A stretch of 63,221 nt of DNA, filler included, from 6 parts of 6 records of this genome joined end to end with filler, not necessarily neighbours in it; one strand, 5' to 3'; shown: positions 1 to 10,456, counted from the first letter of the whole stretch. Numbers and translations: made by a program. The notes: generated from the letters alone by a model not told the origin.

Positions 1-99
1 GGGATGTTGAAAGAACCTCAGGCCGGGCTTGGCGCGAAGGAGCTGTGTCGCAAGCATGGGATCAGCGATGAGACGTATTACGTTGAGCTGTTGAGTTAG
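1..99 (+). pseudogene. IS3-family (IS407-group) transposase OrfA fragment, truncated
   Basis: Frame 1 reads GMLKEPQAGLGAKELCRKHGISDETYY and stops soon after. This matches the IS3 OrfA HTH pattern (ELCRKHGISxxTfY). Confidence 0.75.
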
Positions 100-102
100 A
101 CT

Positions 103-336
103 CTATTCGATCTCGCCCCAGTCGTAGAAATGGATCACGTTGCAGCGTGAATTTATGTTCTCAAGCCAGGCAAAATCCGAGATGAACGGCTTGTCATAAA
201 CTCGGGTAGCGTGAGGTTCGCCGGCTGCGTTCCAAATCAGCGATCCGGCAGAAAAGTCTTTCCATTCGCCGGGCTTGAAACGCCAACCCGATTTTTCGGA
301 CAGATTCAGGTAAAGTTCCGGCGCATCGTGGTTATC
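103..336 (-). pseudogene. C-terminal half of a cupin, DMSP-lyase-family-like (PF16867-like)
   Basis: NHDAPELYLNLS...WRF...GSLIWNAAGEPHATRVYDKPFISDFAWLEN resembles cupin motifs 1 and 2 of DddQ/DddL-type proteins. The native N-terminus is missing. Confidence 0.55.
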
Positions 337-645
337 TCTCGTGTTCTCAGTCAGTTCGTATTGAACGGGTTTCTGCTTCTTGCTCTGGAACACGCAAACC
401 TGTTCGCGAGCACGATCATCTTTGACCAAATCTGTCACAGCGAGTTTGACCAGTTCGCAACCACGCAACTTGCTATCAATCGCAACGTTGAACAACGCAA
501 GGTCACGGAGATAGCCTGCAAATTCAAACCGGGCCCGGATCGCCCAGACCTGCTTCGGCAAGAGAGCTCGCTTTTGTTCGATGATCCGTCTTTTGCTCCA
601 GGCTTTGCGCTTCGGGACCACTGCGAGAAGTTGAACTCTTGGCAT
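337..645 (-). pseudogene. N-terminal fragment of a tyrosine recombinase/integrase
   Basis: MPRVQL...KRALLPKQVWAIRARFEFAGYLRDLALFNVAIDSKLRGCELVKL includes the box I Arg. The C-terminal HxxR/Tyr region is absent, and the fragment is fused in frame to the cupin fragment. Confidence 0.8.
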
Positions 646-1031
646 ATTATGCCCTCCAATCCTCCCGACAAACCCAGACATCAGCACAGCGGTAACGACG
701 AGAGCATAGCATCGGTTCGAATGGCCATTTCCCGAAGTCAATCACAGACAGTGTCTCTGCCAGTACATTAGGCCGCTACGAAGCCATCGCGTCGCTTGTT
801 GAAACCCGTTCGAACTGGCTCAATGCGCAACAGGCGTACATAGCCCTTCGTTGCCCAGCTCACCTTCGAAGTTTCCCCGAGCACGGAGCCGCTGCAACGT
901 AGCTTTGTCAATCTGGTCGCTCAGGTCGATAAAACTCTGGCATTTATCGAGGGCAGTTTGAGCTGTGGTAGGTTTGACTAGAGAGAGAAGCGCTTGAATG
1001 AGCAGTAAAAGCCCGTGGCATCAATAATAGG

Positions 1032-1751
1032 CTAAGGTGCCAGCAACCAGTTTCTAGCATCATCAAATTGATCTTGTTCGAAGAATTTTACTTCTATTCC
1101 CAAAATGCGTTTCCCAACACGCACCGCCATTCTTTGCCAAGCATGGTTGCCAACGGTCGCGGTTTTTCCAAAATTTAGGGCGTGCCCAAGTGCAAAGTGT
1201 AAGTGAGCAGAGAGCGCGGACAGCCCTTCCCATCCCTCAAATTCACGCAAATCTAGAAGCAGTTTGCAATCGTCTGCCCCCTTTAACAGCTCGTTGATGT
1301 CCTCCAACCTGGATTCGGAATTTTCAGGGTCAAGTTTCCCCATCAATTGGATGTGGATCAAGTGTCCTCCAAGATCCTGCTGGTGCAAAGCTCCAAGCGT
1401 TTCACTGAGCCAGCGCCGCATGCCTTCAATCTCAGCTAATTTGAATTTCTGAACAGGACACGGAGCAAACGGCGCGACTACGGCTATTGAATTGGAAACC
1501 CAATCCAGATTCGAAACGACCGCGACCCTGACGAAACCTTACCAATGGCTCAATCCAAGCTTCAAATCTGACCACGCTACGCCAAAGTCATAGCTAACAT
1601 CGTCTTCGACCGTGACAAGTCAGCGAGCACAGTCATTCTCTTCAAAAGCCGCAGCAATTCCCGGAGCCAGAACCAATTGACAGTCAATCTCAGTGACATC
1701 GCCACTCAACGTGAATTCTAGTTGTTGTGTGTTGGCAATCTGTTTTAACAT
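1032..1751 (-). pseudogene. Tandem STAS/SEC14 (SpoIIAA-like) domain protein with two in-frame stops
   Basis: ATG at 1751 is in frame with ORF 1421-1032. The upstream part reads WSDLKLGLSHW*GFVRVAVVSNLDWV, with TGA at 1622-1620 and TAA at 1541-1539. The downstream domain is LLLDLREFEGWEG...VKFFEQDQFDDARNWL. Confidence 0.75.
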
Positions 1752-1820
1752 TGATCAATGTGGTGTCTCTGCTTTCTTAAAGTTCTTTCAATTATCTTCC
1801 TGTCAGTCGGCCTCTAAATT

Positions 1821-2096
1821 TCACTTCGTGGTAGCTGTCACATCTTCGAAATCGCCAAGACGTATATAAGCCAGTTCGCGGCCAAGCTTTATTGATGGCC
1901 TCAGCCCAAAAAAGATGGATCCAACCAAAAACAACCAAGTTCCCGCAACGGTAGTTGCCTCATTAAAAAACAATACGCTCCCAACTACAAAGAGAACCGC
2001 CGCCGAGAAGTCAACAACAGTATATAATAGCTCGCAATACGCGTAGACCTTCTTGTGCCGAGCGCTGCGGGTGTGGTTCTGCGGGTCAAAAAGCAT
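1821..2096 (-). CDS. YrhK-family small membrane protein
   Basis: YTVVDFSAAVLFVVGSVLFF...GTWLFLVGSIFFGLRPSIKL, two TM helices; start placed at MLFDP. Confidence 0.8.
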   Translation of the reverse strand: MLFDPQNHTRSARHKKVYAYCELLYTVVDFSAAVLFVVGSVLFFNEATTVAGTWLFLVGSIFFGLRPSIKLGRELAYIRLGDFEDVTATTK

Positions 2097-2473
2097 GCAA
2101 TGTCTTTCTTCTGTTGAGACCTGTTCCAAATGCGGTCAAAACCGGCATTTGGTTGATTTGGATCCCAGCATAGTGGCATCTTTCCATGATGGTCGACACC
2201 GGTAAAGGTTGCAATCTGCGCCTTTCCAATCAAATTTCAGACTTTGAGTAAACGACCTTTTCACCGTCAAAAAGCTCGATGTATTGAAAAAATGACGTGA
2301 TCTAAGTCGCCTAAATCAGGCTTCAAATTTGATATAATTGTCCCGAAGGCTAATCGCGCGAGCCAGAAAACCAGTTAAAATGATTGGAATACTCTAATTC
2401 AGATATTCAAATTGGTTTGACTAAACCGCAACACGCGCCGCATGCTTGTACCATCTGAGATGGGAGAATCTGA

Positions 2474-4120
2474 ATGAAAAAGGCAAACATCGCTACTACA
2501 ATCTCTTTTTGCTTTGCAGGACTATCTGCTGTGCAAACAAGCGCCGAGGGTTTCGACCCATCCTCTCTGTCCACCTTTGGGTCAAAGCCAAACATCATAC
2601 TCATCGTGTCCGACGACACAGGTTACTGGGATCTCGGAGCGTACCACGGTGGCGCGGCGCGTGGGATGGATACCCCTAATCTGGACCAGATGGCCAAGGA
2701 TGGGAAGATGTTCACCGATTTCTACGCTCAATCGTCCTGCACCCCGGGTCGTGCGGCAATGCAGACGGGGCGGTATCCAAACCGCTCGGGCATGACGACC
2801 GTGGCCTTTCAGGGGCAAGGTGGTGGACTGCCAGCGGCGGAGTGGACCATCGCGTCGGTTCTGAAACAAGCTGACTACAACACGTATTTCATGGGTAAAT
2901 GGCACCTCGGCGAAGCGGACTATGCGATGCCAACAGCCCATGGATATGACAAGATGGAGAACACTTTTCTCTATCACTTGAATGCTTATACATATGCGCT
3001 GGACGATTGGAATGTGCAGATGTCCGATGACCAACGGGCATTCTATAAAGGAAACACGACCGGTATTTTCGAGGGTGTCGCTGGCAAAGCTGCAAACGAA
3101 GTTTTGCAAATAGACGACATGACGACAGCCGACCTGGCCACTCTGGACAAAGTTGGAGCGGGAAAGGCGCTGACCGAATTAGAACGCCTCGCTGGTCTGG
3201 ACCAACCTTTCTTCATGTCGCTCAACTGGGCCGCGAACCACCAACCCAACCTGCCTTCGCCAGATTTCGAAGGTAAGTCTGCCGTCAAGAACAAGTACGG
3301 AGACAAAGTGGTAGAGCTTGATCACCACACCGGACAGATCCTCGATAAGGTCGAAGAACTCGGCATCGGGGATAACACGCTGATCGTCTACACTGTCGAC
3401 AATGGCGCGTGGCAGGATGTACATCCTGACGCTGGCATGACTCCTTTCCGCGGTACAAAGGGAACCGACCGCGAAGGTGCATATCGCGTGCCCTTCCTTG
3501 CCAAGTGGACAGGCAAGATCGAGCCGAACTCGAAGTCAAGCGACATTACCGGTGGCACCGACCTGATGGCCACCTTTGCGAATCTCGCTGGTGTTCCGTT
3601 GCCGACAGAAGACCGCGAAGGTCAGCCGATGGTATTTGACAGTATCGACATGGCCCCGGTCCTGTTCGGCGAGGCTGATCCACAGCGCAACGCATGGGCG
3701 TATTTCACCGAGAACGAACTGACGCCGGGTGCCGTGCGGGTCAACGAATGGAAAGCCGTTTTCAACATACGTGGTGACAATGGTGCCCGCGCCGGCTCCG
3801 AAGCGCCTGCTGCCGAATTGGGATGGCGCGGAGCCGAGGCATATGTTGCGACCGTGCCGCAAGTGTTTAACCTTTGGGAAGACCCTATGGAGCGGTATGA
3901 TATTTTCATGACCACAGGCCGTGAAAACACCTGGACCGTGCCGTCATTGATGGGCGAGGTTGAGCGTATCGTGAAGACTTACATTCAATACCCTCCACGT
4001 CCGGTTCAGAGCGAGTCCTACTCGGGTCCGATCACACTCAGTGAATATCATCGATTCACAGCGGTGCGTGACCAGCTGGCAAAACAGGGCTTCAAGCTTG
4101 GTCTGCCTACTGGAAACTAA
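2474..4120 (+). CDS. Secreted Cys-type arylsulfatase (formylglycine-dependent, S1)
   Basis: Signal peptide, PNIILIVSDD, CTPGR (CxPxR) signature and GKWHLG; SD GGAGA upstream. Confidence 0.93.
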   Translation: MKKANIATTISFCFAGLSAVQTSAEGFDPSSLSTFGSKPNIILIVSDDTGYWDLGAYHGGAARGMDTPNLDQMAKDGKMFTDFYAQSSCTPGRAAMQTGRYPNRSGMTTVAFQGQGGGLPAAEWTIASVLKQADYNTYFMGKWHLGEADYAMPTAHGYDKMENTFLYHLNAYTYALDDWNVQMSDDQRAFYKGNTTGIFEGVAGKAANEVLQIDDMTTADLATLDKVGAGKALTELERLAGLDQPFFMSLNWAANHQPNLPSPDFEGKSAVKNKYGDKVVELDHHTGQILDKVEELGIGDNTLIVYTVDNGAWQDVHPDAGMTPFRGTKGTDREGAYRVPFLAKWTGKIEPNSKSSDITGGTDLMATFANLAGVPLPTEDREGQPMVFDSIDMAPVLFGEADPQRNAWAYFTENELTPGAVRVNEWKAVFNIRGDNGARAGSEAPAAELGWRGAEAYVATVPQVFNLWEDPMERYDIFMTTGRENTWTVPSLMGEVERIVKTYIQYPPRPVQSESYSGPITLSEYHRFTAVRDQLAKQGFKLGLPTGN

Positions 4121-4128
4121 GACTTAGC

Positions 4129-4158
4129 CGCCGGGACATATTTTGGTATGTCTCGGCG
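4129..4158 (+). terminator. Stem-loop after the sulfatase gene
   Basis: CGCCGGGACATA / TATGTCTCGGCG arms immediately after the stop codon; U-tract is weak. Confidence 0.45.
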
Positions 4159-4284
4159 ACTTCTATCAAATGTTCTTAGGTATTGCTCACCTTCAAATTT
4201 CGCTATTGTATTATGCTCTCACGAGGGCACCCCATACGATACCCACAAGTGAACGGCTGTGACTGCAAAATAGGAGGGGAAAGA

Positions 4285-4617
4285 GTGGATCAAAACAGCG
4301 TTCCTGATGCCAATCCTTTCTGGTGGATGCAGCCTAATGAAAGTGATCTTCTTATTCTGCTCGCATTACTTGTTCTGGTATTTTTATTATTTACTGTCAT
4401 ATACTTGTATGCCTACTTTGATCGATACACAGAACGTCGAGGGGCTTTGACGCCCCTTAGGACAACAATTCCAACGATGCTCACCGTTGGTTTGGCCTAT
4501 GACTTATTACCGCCCCTCGAAAGCGTAAACGTTTTGATTCCGTTGTCCCTGCTGTTGGCCGCCTTCGCGCGAGACATCTTCCTTTGGACAAGAAAAAGGG
4601 AGCGACACAGTGATTGA
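4285..4617 (+). CDS. Small membrane protein, partner of the HlyD-family gene
   Basis: GTG at 4285 follows SD GGAGG. Hydrophobic helices; the stop overlaps the start of the next gene. Confidence 0.65.
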   Translation: MDQNSVPDANPFWWMQPNESDLLILLALLVLVFLLFTVIYLYAYFDRYTERRGALTPLRTTIPTMLTVGLAYDLLPPLESVNVLIPLSLLLAAFARDIFLWTRKRERHSD

Positions 4618-5824
4618 GCTAATGCTCACATGTTTTCCCGTTTTCATCCGCATTGCCTATTTGCGATTTCGCAGGCTGCCCGTTACGTTTTACAATATTC
4701 ACCGAGCATTTTTCATATGGCTCGTGCTTTTCTTTGTCCTGATTTTTACGGTTGAGTACTACCACCCTGACACGCGCTCAGCAGTCGTTCCGTTTCGCGT
4801 TGTTCCCATCGTTGCAAAGCAAAGCGGCACCGTCACAGCGATCTACGTAAAGCCAGGTCAAAAAGTGAAGCAAGGGGATATTCTTTTTTCTCTGGACGAC
4901 AAAAATCAACGTGCCGAAGTCGAAAGAATTCAAGCAGAAATCGCAGAAATCAACAGTCAGGTCGATATAGCCAAGTTAGAAGTTGCTGCGGCGGAAGCAG
5001 ATCTATTAGCAAGTAAATCTCAGTTGCAAGAATCCCAAATCCAGTTGCGTATTCAGAAGGATCTCAAGGCGCAGAATTCAGCCGCTTTTGCCTCGGATCG
5101 ACTGAAACGGGCTCAAGATCGTTTCGATGCGCAGGCCGCCTTGGTGAGTGGTGCGCAAGCTGCCTTGGAGATTGCCAAGCTGACACTAAATGAGGCTCTG
5201 CCAGCCAAAAGAGTAACGACGGAAGCGACATTGAAGGCCGCTCAGGTCAAGCTGGATGAAACACAGGTGGTTGCGCAGGTTGCAGGCAGTGTAGAACAGG
5301 TGACCTTGTTTGTCGGAGCACGTGCATCACAGGTTGCTTTAAACCCATCAATGGTTATTGTTCCCGACCTCCCCGAGGATTCACCACTTGAAGTTGTAGC
5401 TGGTTTTTCTCAGGTTGTTGGTACGGTTTTGCATGTTGGAATGCCTGCAGAAGTTGCATGTTATGCAAACATTAGTTCTTCTATGAAAAACGCGCTGTTT
5501 CCCGCGCGAATTGTGCGTATTCAAAAGTCGATTGCGACGGGCCAACTCGTACCGTCAGGGATACTCTTAAAACCTTCTAGCGTTAATGGACCTGGTGAAT
5601 TGGTTGTTCATTTTGCGCTTGTACACCAAGAGCATCAAGAAATGTTGGTTGAGGGGAGTAGCTGCCTTGCACAAGCGTATAGTACCGAGGTGCAGGGAAA
5701 TTTGCAGGGCACGCTTCTTGGCGAAGTCATTCAGGCATGGGCCGTTGAAAAAGCCCTCATCATGAGAATGAAGGTGTGGGCCACGCTGATTGTCGGCGCC
5801 GGTTTGTTTGGCGGCGACAAGTGA
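4610..5824 (+). CDS. HlyD-family membrane fusion (periplasmic adaptor) protein
   Basis: N-terminal TM segments, lipoyl half-motif SGTVTAIYVKPGQKVKQGDILFSLD, long coiled coil, second half-motif VVAQVAGSVEQV. Confidence 0.88.
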   Translation: MIELMLTCFPVFIRIAYLRFRRLPVTFYNIHRAFFIWLVLFFVLIFTVEYYHPDTRSAVVPFRVVPIVAKQSGTVTAIYVKPGQKVKQGDILFSLDDKNQRAEVERIQAEIAEINSQVDIAKLEVAAAEADLLASKSQLQESQIQLRIQKDLKAQNSAAFASDRLKRAQDRFDAQAALVSGAQAALEIAKLTLNEALPAKRVTTEATLKAAQVKLDETQVVAQVAGSVEQVTLFVGARASQVALNPSMVIVPDLPEDSPLEVVAGFSQVVGTVLHVGMPAEVACYANISSSMKNALFPARIVRIQKSIATGQLVPSGILLKPSSVNGPGELVVHFALVHQEHQEMLVEGSSCLAQAYSTEVQGNLQGTLLGEVIQAWAVEKALIMRMKVWATLIVGAGLFGGDK

Positions 5825-5903
5825 CGACAGCTTGCCACTGTGGTCAAAAATACTCTTTGTTTTACTTTCAATAAGCGTTGCTCTGAGCTGAAAGCGGTAC
5901 AGC

Positions 5904-6640
5904 TGGTTTTGCCACGCAAAAGTTCCGACCTTTCACCTCATTTAGATGGCCTTTCTCTCGAATACCAAAGGGCTTTTGCAGCCAAGGGATGAGTGGCGCC
6001 GCATTGAGTTTTAAAACCCATTGATATTGCTTAATTATAGCTCCGCCTGCTTGTCTGCGTGTTTCCCATTTCTGACGCCAAGTCAGCTCAACCTCCAGGG
6101 GTTTCAATGAGGTTTTGACCATGGAATTGTCATACCAGTTTCCTTTGCCGCTCTTTGATACCAGAAAGCCATGTTGCTTCAGCCGTTTCAGAACAGTATT
6201 GAGACCCGGAATCCGTTTGCTGAATGCAGCCCTTGGGTGACTGGCGAAAGGATGAGGCCTAGTCCGCCATTGGTCCGAGGGCAATGGACCAGATCTTCTT
6301 CCAGGTGTTGTAAAGGCAAACCTTACGCCTTTTGGCCTGCGAAAAAGGTCGTCGCCTTCTTTAGCACTTCCCTCTCCTCGCGGAGCAGTCGGTTCTCTTT
6401 CTCCACATCCTCGTGCGGGCCGCACATCAGGCCATCATTCTGATGGTATTGAACTCGCTTGTTCAGTGTCGAAACACCAACCCCTAAATCTGATACGATC
6501 TGAGGTCGTGTCAGCCCACGCGTCATTGCTATGCGAACCGCATTACGTCGAAATTCGTCGCTGTATCTTGGTGCCAGTCCTTGCCTCTTTCATGGCGAAT
6601 ACCGCTTGAAAGAGATCGGAGCTAAACCGGGGCACGCCCA
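5904..6640 (-). mobile_element. Degraded, internally deleted IS3-family element
   Basis: Imperfect terminal IRs TGGGCGTGCCCCGGTTTAGCTCCGATC / TGGTTTTGCCACGCAAAAGTTCCGACC (17/27). OrfA remnant PRYSDEFRRNAVRIA...LLREEREVLKKATTFFA; OrfB remnant SKSGKGNWYDNSMVK. Only 737 bp, no target duplication seen. Confidence 0.85.
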
Positions 6641-6814
6641 ACAACCAAGTAGGCCGTGGTTACACCGGCCAGTGCAGTCGCATATCATGCGTGATGCAAC
6701 AACAAATAGCGAGCTCCCAAATCTGGCCGATATCCATTCAGTGTTTGGTGGAGTGAGTTCCGTGATGAGATCAATATCTTGATCGAAATCTCATAAACAA
6801 GCATTGTTACTGGT

Positions 6815-9800
6815 ATGGCCTTTAACATCGACGCATGGCTCACCGAACTAGGTTTGGATCAATATGCCGATTCATTCATCAATAGTGATGTAGATGACAG
6901 AGTCTTGCCGTTGCTTACGGGTGATGACTTAAAAGAATTGGGCGTAAGCTTGGGTCATCGCAAGATCATTTTGGCTGCAATCAAAGACCCCAATAACAGT
7001 TTAGCAAGTCTTTTGACGCCCGAGCGGATGCCATATTTGCGCGAGCAAAGCCTTCAGCCTGAATCCTCACAAAATTTGGACCACTCCTCACCAACTTCGG
7101 CGGTTTCGTCAAAACCAAGTGCAAACGCAATAGCAGAGCGCCGCCACCTGACAGTTTTGTTTGCTGACCTCGTGGGATCAACCAAACTCACCAACCGTCT
7201 GGACCCCGAAGATATGCGCATCCTGTTGCAGAGGTATCAGGATGCCGTCGCTGGTGCGGTCAGCCGATACGGAGGTTACGTTGCCAAGTATCTCGGTGAC
7301 GGGCTCTTGGTGTTTTTTGGATGGCCTAGCGCCTACGAGGATCACGCAGTTCGCGCTGTGAAAGCTGGCCTGGACGCGGTGGAGCGTGTGAAAGAGTTGG
7401 AAACGCCGGATGGCGAGCCTTTGGCAGTCCGGATGGGCGTCGCAAGCGGTGAAGTGGTCGTCGGTGATGCGATCGGAGAAAACACATACGAAGAAGGAGC
7501 GATGACAGGTCCGATCCTCAATCTTGCGGCACGTATACAAGAGCACGCTCCCCCTAATACGATCGTCCTGCCAGAAGAGGGAACAGAAGCGGCGCTGCAT
7601 CGAATTTTCGAATTTTCTTCACTTGGGCAAGTTGAACTCAAAGGGTTTGACAGCCAGCGCACGCTATTACGGGTTGTTGCTGAGCGCAGTGCCGAAAGCC
7701 GATTTCGTGCAGCACATCGCGAGGACTCAAACAGCGCTCTAGTCGGCAGAGACCTTGAAAACGGCATCCTTCATCAGGCTTGGCATGGCGCCAAAAGCGG
7801 TAAGGGCGAGGTTGTATTGCTTACTGGTGAGGCAGGCATCGGGAAATCTCGCCTGACCGAAGAGTTTCTGGCTGATGAAGCTATTGCAGGCAATGCAGAG
7901 ACAATAAGGCTGAACTGTTCGCCTTATCTCACCAGTAGCCCGTTCCACCCAGTTACCGAACGCATTTCTCAGGACGCTGGTGTCGAACCGGGTTTTGACG
8001 ATGATCGTGTTCTGGAACAAGTACAAGCAATGCTCGAAACAAGGCAGGGTTTGGACACTGATCAGGTGCTTCCGGTTTTTGCTGCTTTGGTCGCGCCGCG
8101 CAGTAAGGTTGCCCAGAAAATTCTCGATTTATCCCCACAAGAGCAGCGCGACATTACAGTTCAGACACTAATTGACACCGTCAAAGCGCGCGCAAATGTG
8201 CGTCCGGTTATTCTGTTCATTGAGGATGCCCACTGGATTGATCCATCGACCAATGCTCTGCTGGATCGTTTCAAAACCATTTGTGCGGATCTTCCGCTGA
8301 TGCTCTTGATCACACACCGCCCCGGTTGGGAGTTGGACCGCGACGATGGCGACGCCCATGTGCAAACGCTTCAACTGCGCCGATTTGACTTCGAACATGT
8401 TGCAAATTTGGTTCGAAGTATTTCCGGGAGCGAGCCAGATTCAAATCTTGTTCAGACAGTTGTTGAAAGAACGGATGGCATTCCACTGTTTGTCGAGGAA
8501 TTGACGCGCGCAATCATAGCATCGGGTGAAAGAGGGACATTCAAAGTCCCGTCGTCTTTGAAGGGCACTTTGATGGCACGCCTTGACGCTGTTGCACCTG
8601 AAGCAAAGCAAGTGGCTTTGGCGGGTTCGGTAATAGGCCGCGAATTTGAACCGGCTTTGCTGCGCGCTGCAATGGATAAAGACGAGGCTGAAATCCGGAA
8701 CTGCCTTGATGATCTTTGCAAATCGGGCCTGATATTCGAAAGCGGCCATAACCGCGGCCATTTTGTTTTCCGACACGCTCTGATCCGTGACACAGCCTAT
8801 CAATCTATGCTGGCCTCAACCCGTGGGGAGCTGCATGCGAAAGTCGCCGGCGCTCTCACACTGCTTCGATCCGTCGAAATCGAGCGTCGCCCTGAACTGG
8901 TCGCACACCATTTGACCGCCGCAGGAGATTGGGCAGCAGCATTTCAACGTTGGCAATCCGCAACCGAGATGGCCCTTGCCCGATCTGCCAGCCATGAGGC
9001 GATGGTAAATGCCAATGAAGCCCTTAATGCTGCGCACAAACTCGGGGGTGAAAACAGCCGGGAAGTGATCGTTGGCAAAATACTTGTCGGAAGAGGCTAT
9101 GATAGCGTCGGACGATTGCCGGAAGGTATTGCCGCGCTCAAAGAAGCGTCAGAAGCCGCCTGCAAGATCGGAGACGTTGAAATCGCGGCAGATGCTGCTC
9201 ACCATTTCGCTGACTCAAGCATGATGGCCGGTGAATTGCATGAACAAGCCATCAAGGTTTGTCTGAAGGCTCTGAATGAACTGCCGGAGCATGATGAGGT
9301 CCGCCGATGCAAATTAATGAGCCAGCTGGCGCGCACTTACATGTTCACTGGTCAATTTGCGGCAAGCGCAGAATACAGCCAGCAATGTCTGAAGTTGGCG
9401 GCAAAACTGGGTGACCTTAAATCCCAATTCCACGTCATGATGGCGCGATTTGCAGCGTCATTTGTTGCAAGACAGGAAGACGAAGTGCGCGATTGGCGCC
9501 AAAACCTTGAGGCCATGCACAAAGTTGCGGAGAAATTGGGCACTATTGATCAGGGGCGGGACCGAACGCTGAGTCTGTTTGTTGGAGCAGAAATGGCGGA
9601 TCGCCAGTTGATGGATAACTCTCTTGAGCTTTTGACTGAGATATCGACCAAAGAAAATCACCGTCAGCTTTATTGGGTGCAAACACATGCCCGTGCGATG
9701 ATTGCCACCCTGGAAGGGGACTTTGAGCGCGCCGAGAGCTATGCCAACGAAGCTGTAAAGATTGGACGCCAAACCCATGGCAAACATGTTGAAGGTGTTT

Positions 9801-10423
9801 ATGGCGTGCAGATGTTTACTATCCGCAGGGAGCAAGGTCGATTGCAGGAGGTCGCGCCGGTCATCAAACGTCTAATGACAGAGAGTTCGGGTGATGCGCG
9901 TTGGAAACCAGGTTTCGGAGTAGTCGCGGCCGAATTAGGCTACATAGAACCGGCTGAACGCATACTGAACGAACTCGCTGATACTGGATTTGCGATTTCG
10001 CCAGACGCTATGTATTCGACAACACTTTCGTATCTAGCCGACATCTGTGTGGCGGTAGAAAACGAAAACCATGCGAAAACCATTTTCAGCATGCTGCTCC
10101 CTTACGAAAACCTTACAATCACTGCGGGTGCGACAACGGCCTGCATTGGTGCCGCTGCTCGTCGGCTCGGCAGCCTTGCCGCATTGATGGGGAATTGGGG
10201 ACCTTCGGAAAAATTGTTTGATAAGGCAATTAAAATTGACACGAGCATGGCTGCGCCACCGTGGATCGCCCATAGTAAAGCGGCATATGCGTTCGGCTTG
10301 CGACGTCGCGGTCGCCTCAAAGATGCGCAGCGTGCTATTCATCTGGAAGCAGAAGCGTTGGCAACGGCTCGGGATCTGGGTATGGTATCCCTTAAATCAA
10401 AACTTGAAGGACAAGTGACTTAG
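6815..10423 (+). CDS. SAM + class III adenylate/guanylate cyclase + STAND AAA-ATPase + TPR-like protein
   Basis: SAM (WLTELGLDQYA...LKELGVSLGHRKII); cyclase motifs FADLVGST, KYLGDG, NLAARIQ; Walker A GEAGIGKS; Walker B ILFIEDAHW; GIPLFVEEL; FRHALIRD; helical repeat C-terminus. Confidence 0.92.
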   Translation: MAFNIDAWLTELGLDQYADSFINSDVDDRVLPLLTGDDLKELGVSLGHRKIILAAIKDPNNSLASLLTPERMPYLREQSLQPESSQNLDHSSPTSAVSSKPSANAIAERRHLTVLFADLVGSTKLTNRLDPEDMRILLQRYQDAVAGAVSRYGGYVAKYLGDGLLVFFGWPSAYEDHAVRAVKAGLDAVERVKELETPDGEPLAVRMGVASGEVVVGDAIGENTYEEGAMTGPILNLAARIQEHAPPNTIVLPEEGTEAALHRIFEFSSLGQVELKGFDSQRTLLRVVAERSAESRFRAAHREDSNSALVGRDLENGILHQAWHGAKSGKGEVVLLTGEAGIGKSRLTEEFLADEAIAGNAETIRLNCSPYLTSSPFHPVTERISQDAGVEPGFDDDRVLEQVQAMLETRQGLDTDQVLPVFAALVAPRSKVAQKILDLSPQEQRDITVQTLIDTVKARANVRPVILFIEDAHWIDPSTNALLDRFKTICADLPLMLLITHRPGWELDRDDGDAHVQTLQLRRFDFEHVANLVRSISGSEPDSNLVQTVVERTDGIPLFVEELTRAIIASGERGTFKVPSSLKGTLMARLDAVAPEAKQVALAGSVIGREFEPALLRAAMDKDEAEIRNCLDDLCKSGLIFESGHNRGHFVFRHALIRDTAYQSMLASTRGELHAKVAGALTLLRSVEIERRPELVAHHLTAAGDWAAAFQRWQSATEMALARSASHEAMVNANEALNAAHKLGGENSREVIVGKILVGRGYDSVGRLPEGIAALKEASEAACKIGDVEIAADAAHHFADSSMMAGELHEQAIKVCLKALNELPEHDEVRRCKLMSQLARTYMFTGQFAASAEYSQQCLKLAAKLGDLKSQFHVMMARFAASFVARQEDEVRDWRQNLEAMHKVAEKLGTIDQGRDRTLSLFVGAEMADRQLMDNSLELLTEISTKENHRQLYWVQTHARAMIATLEGDFERAESYANEAVKIGRQTHGKHVEGVYGVQMFTIRREQGRLQEVAPVIKRLMTESSGDARWKPGFGVVAAELGYIEPAERILNELADTGFAISPDAMYSTTLSYLADICVAVENENHAKTIFSMLLPYENLTITAGATTACIGAAARRLGSLAALMGNWGPSEKLFDKAIKIDTSMAAPPWIAHSKAAYAFGLRRRGRLKDAQRAIHLEAEALATARDLGMVSLKSKLEGQVT

Positions 10424-10442
10424 TAACTCTGCGAACACGTTT

Positions 10443-10452
10443 GGGGGGGGGG
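10443..10452 (+). repeat. G10 homopolymer at the ribosome-binding position of the DUF4242 gene
   Basis: TT-GGGGGGGGGG-ATAT-ATG. Confidence 0.9.
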
Positions 10453-10456
10453 ATAT

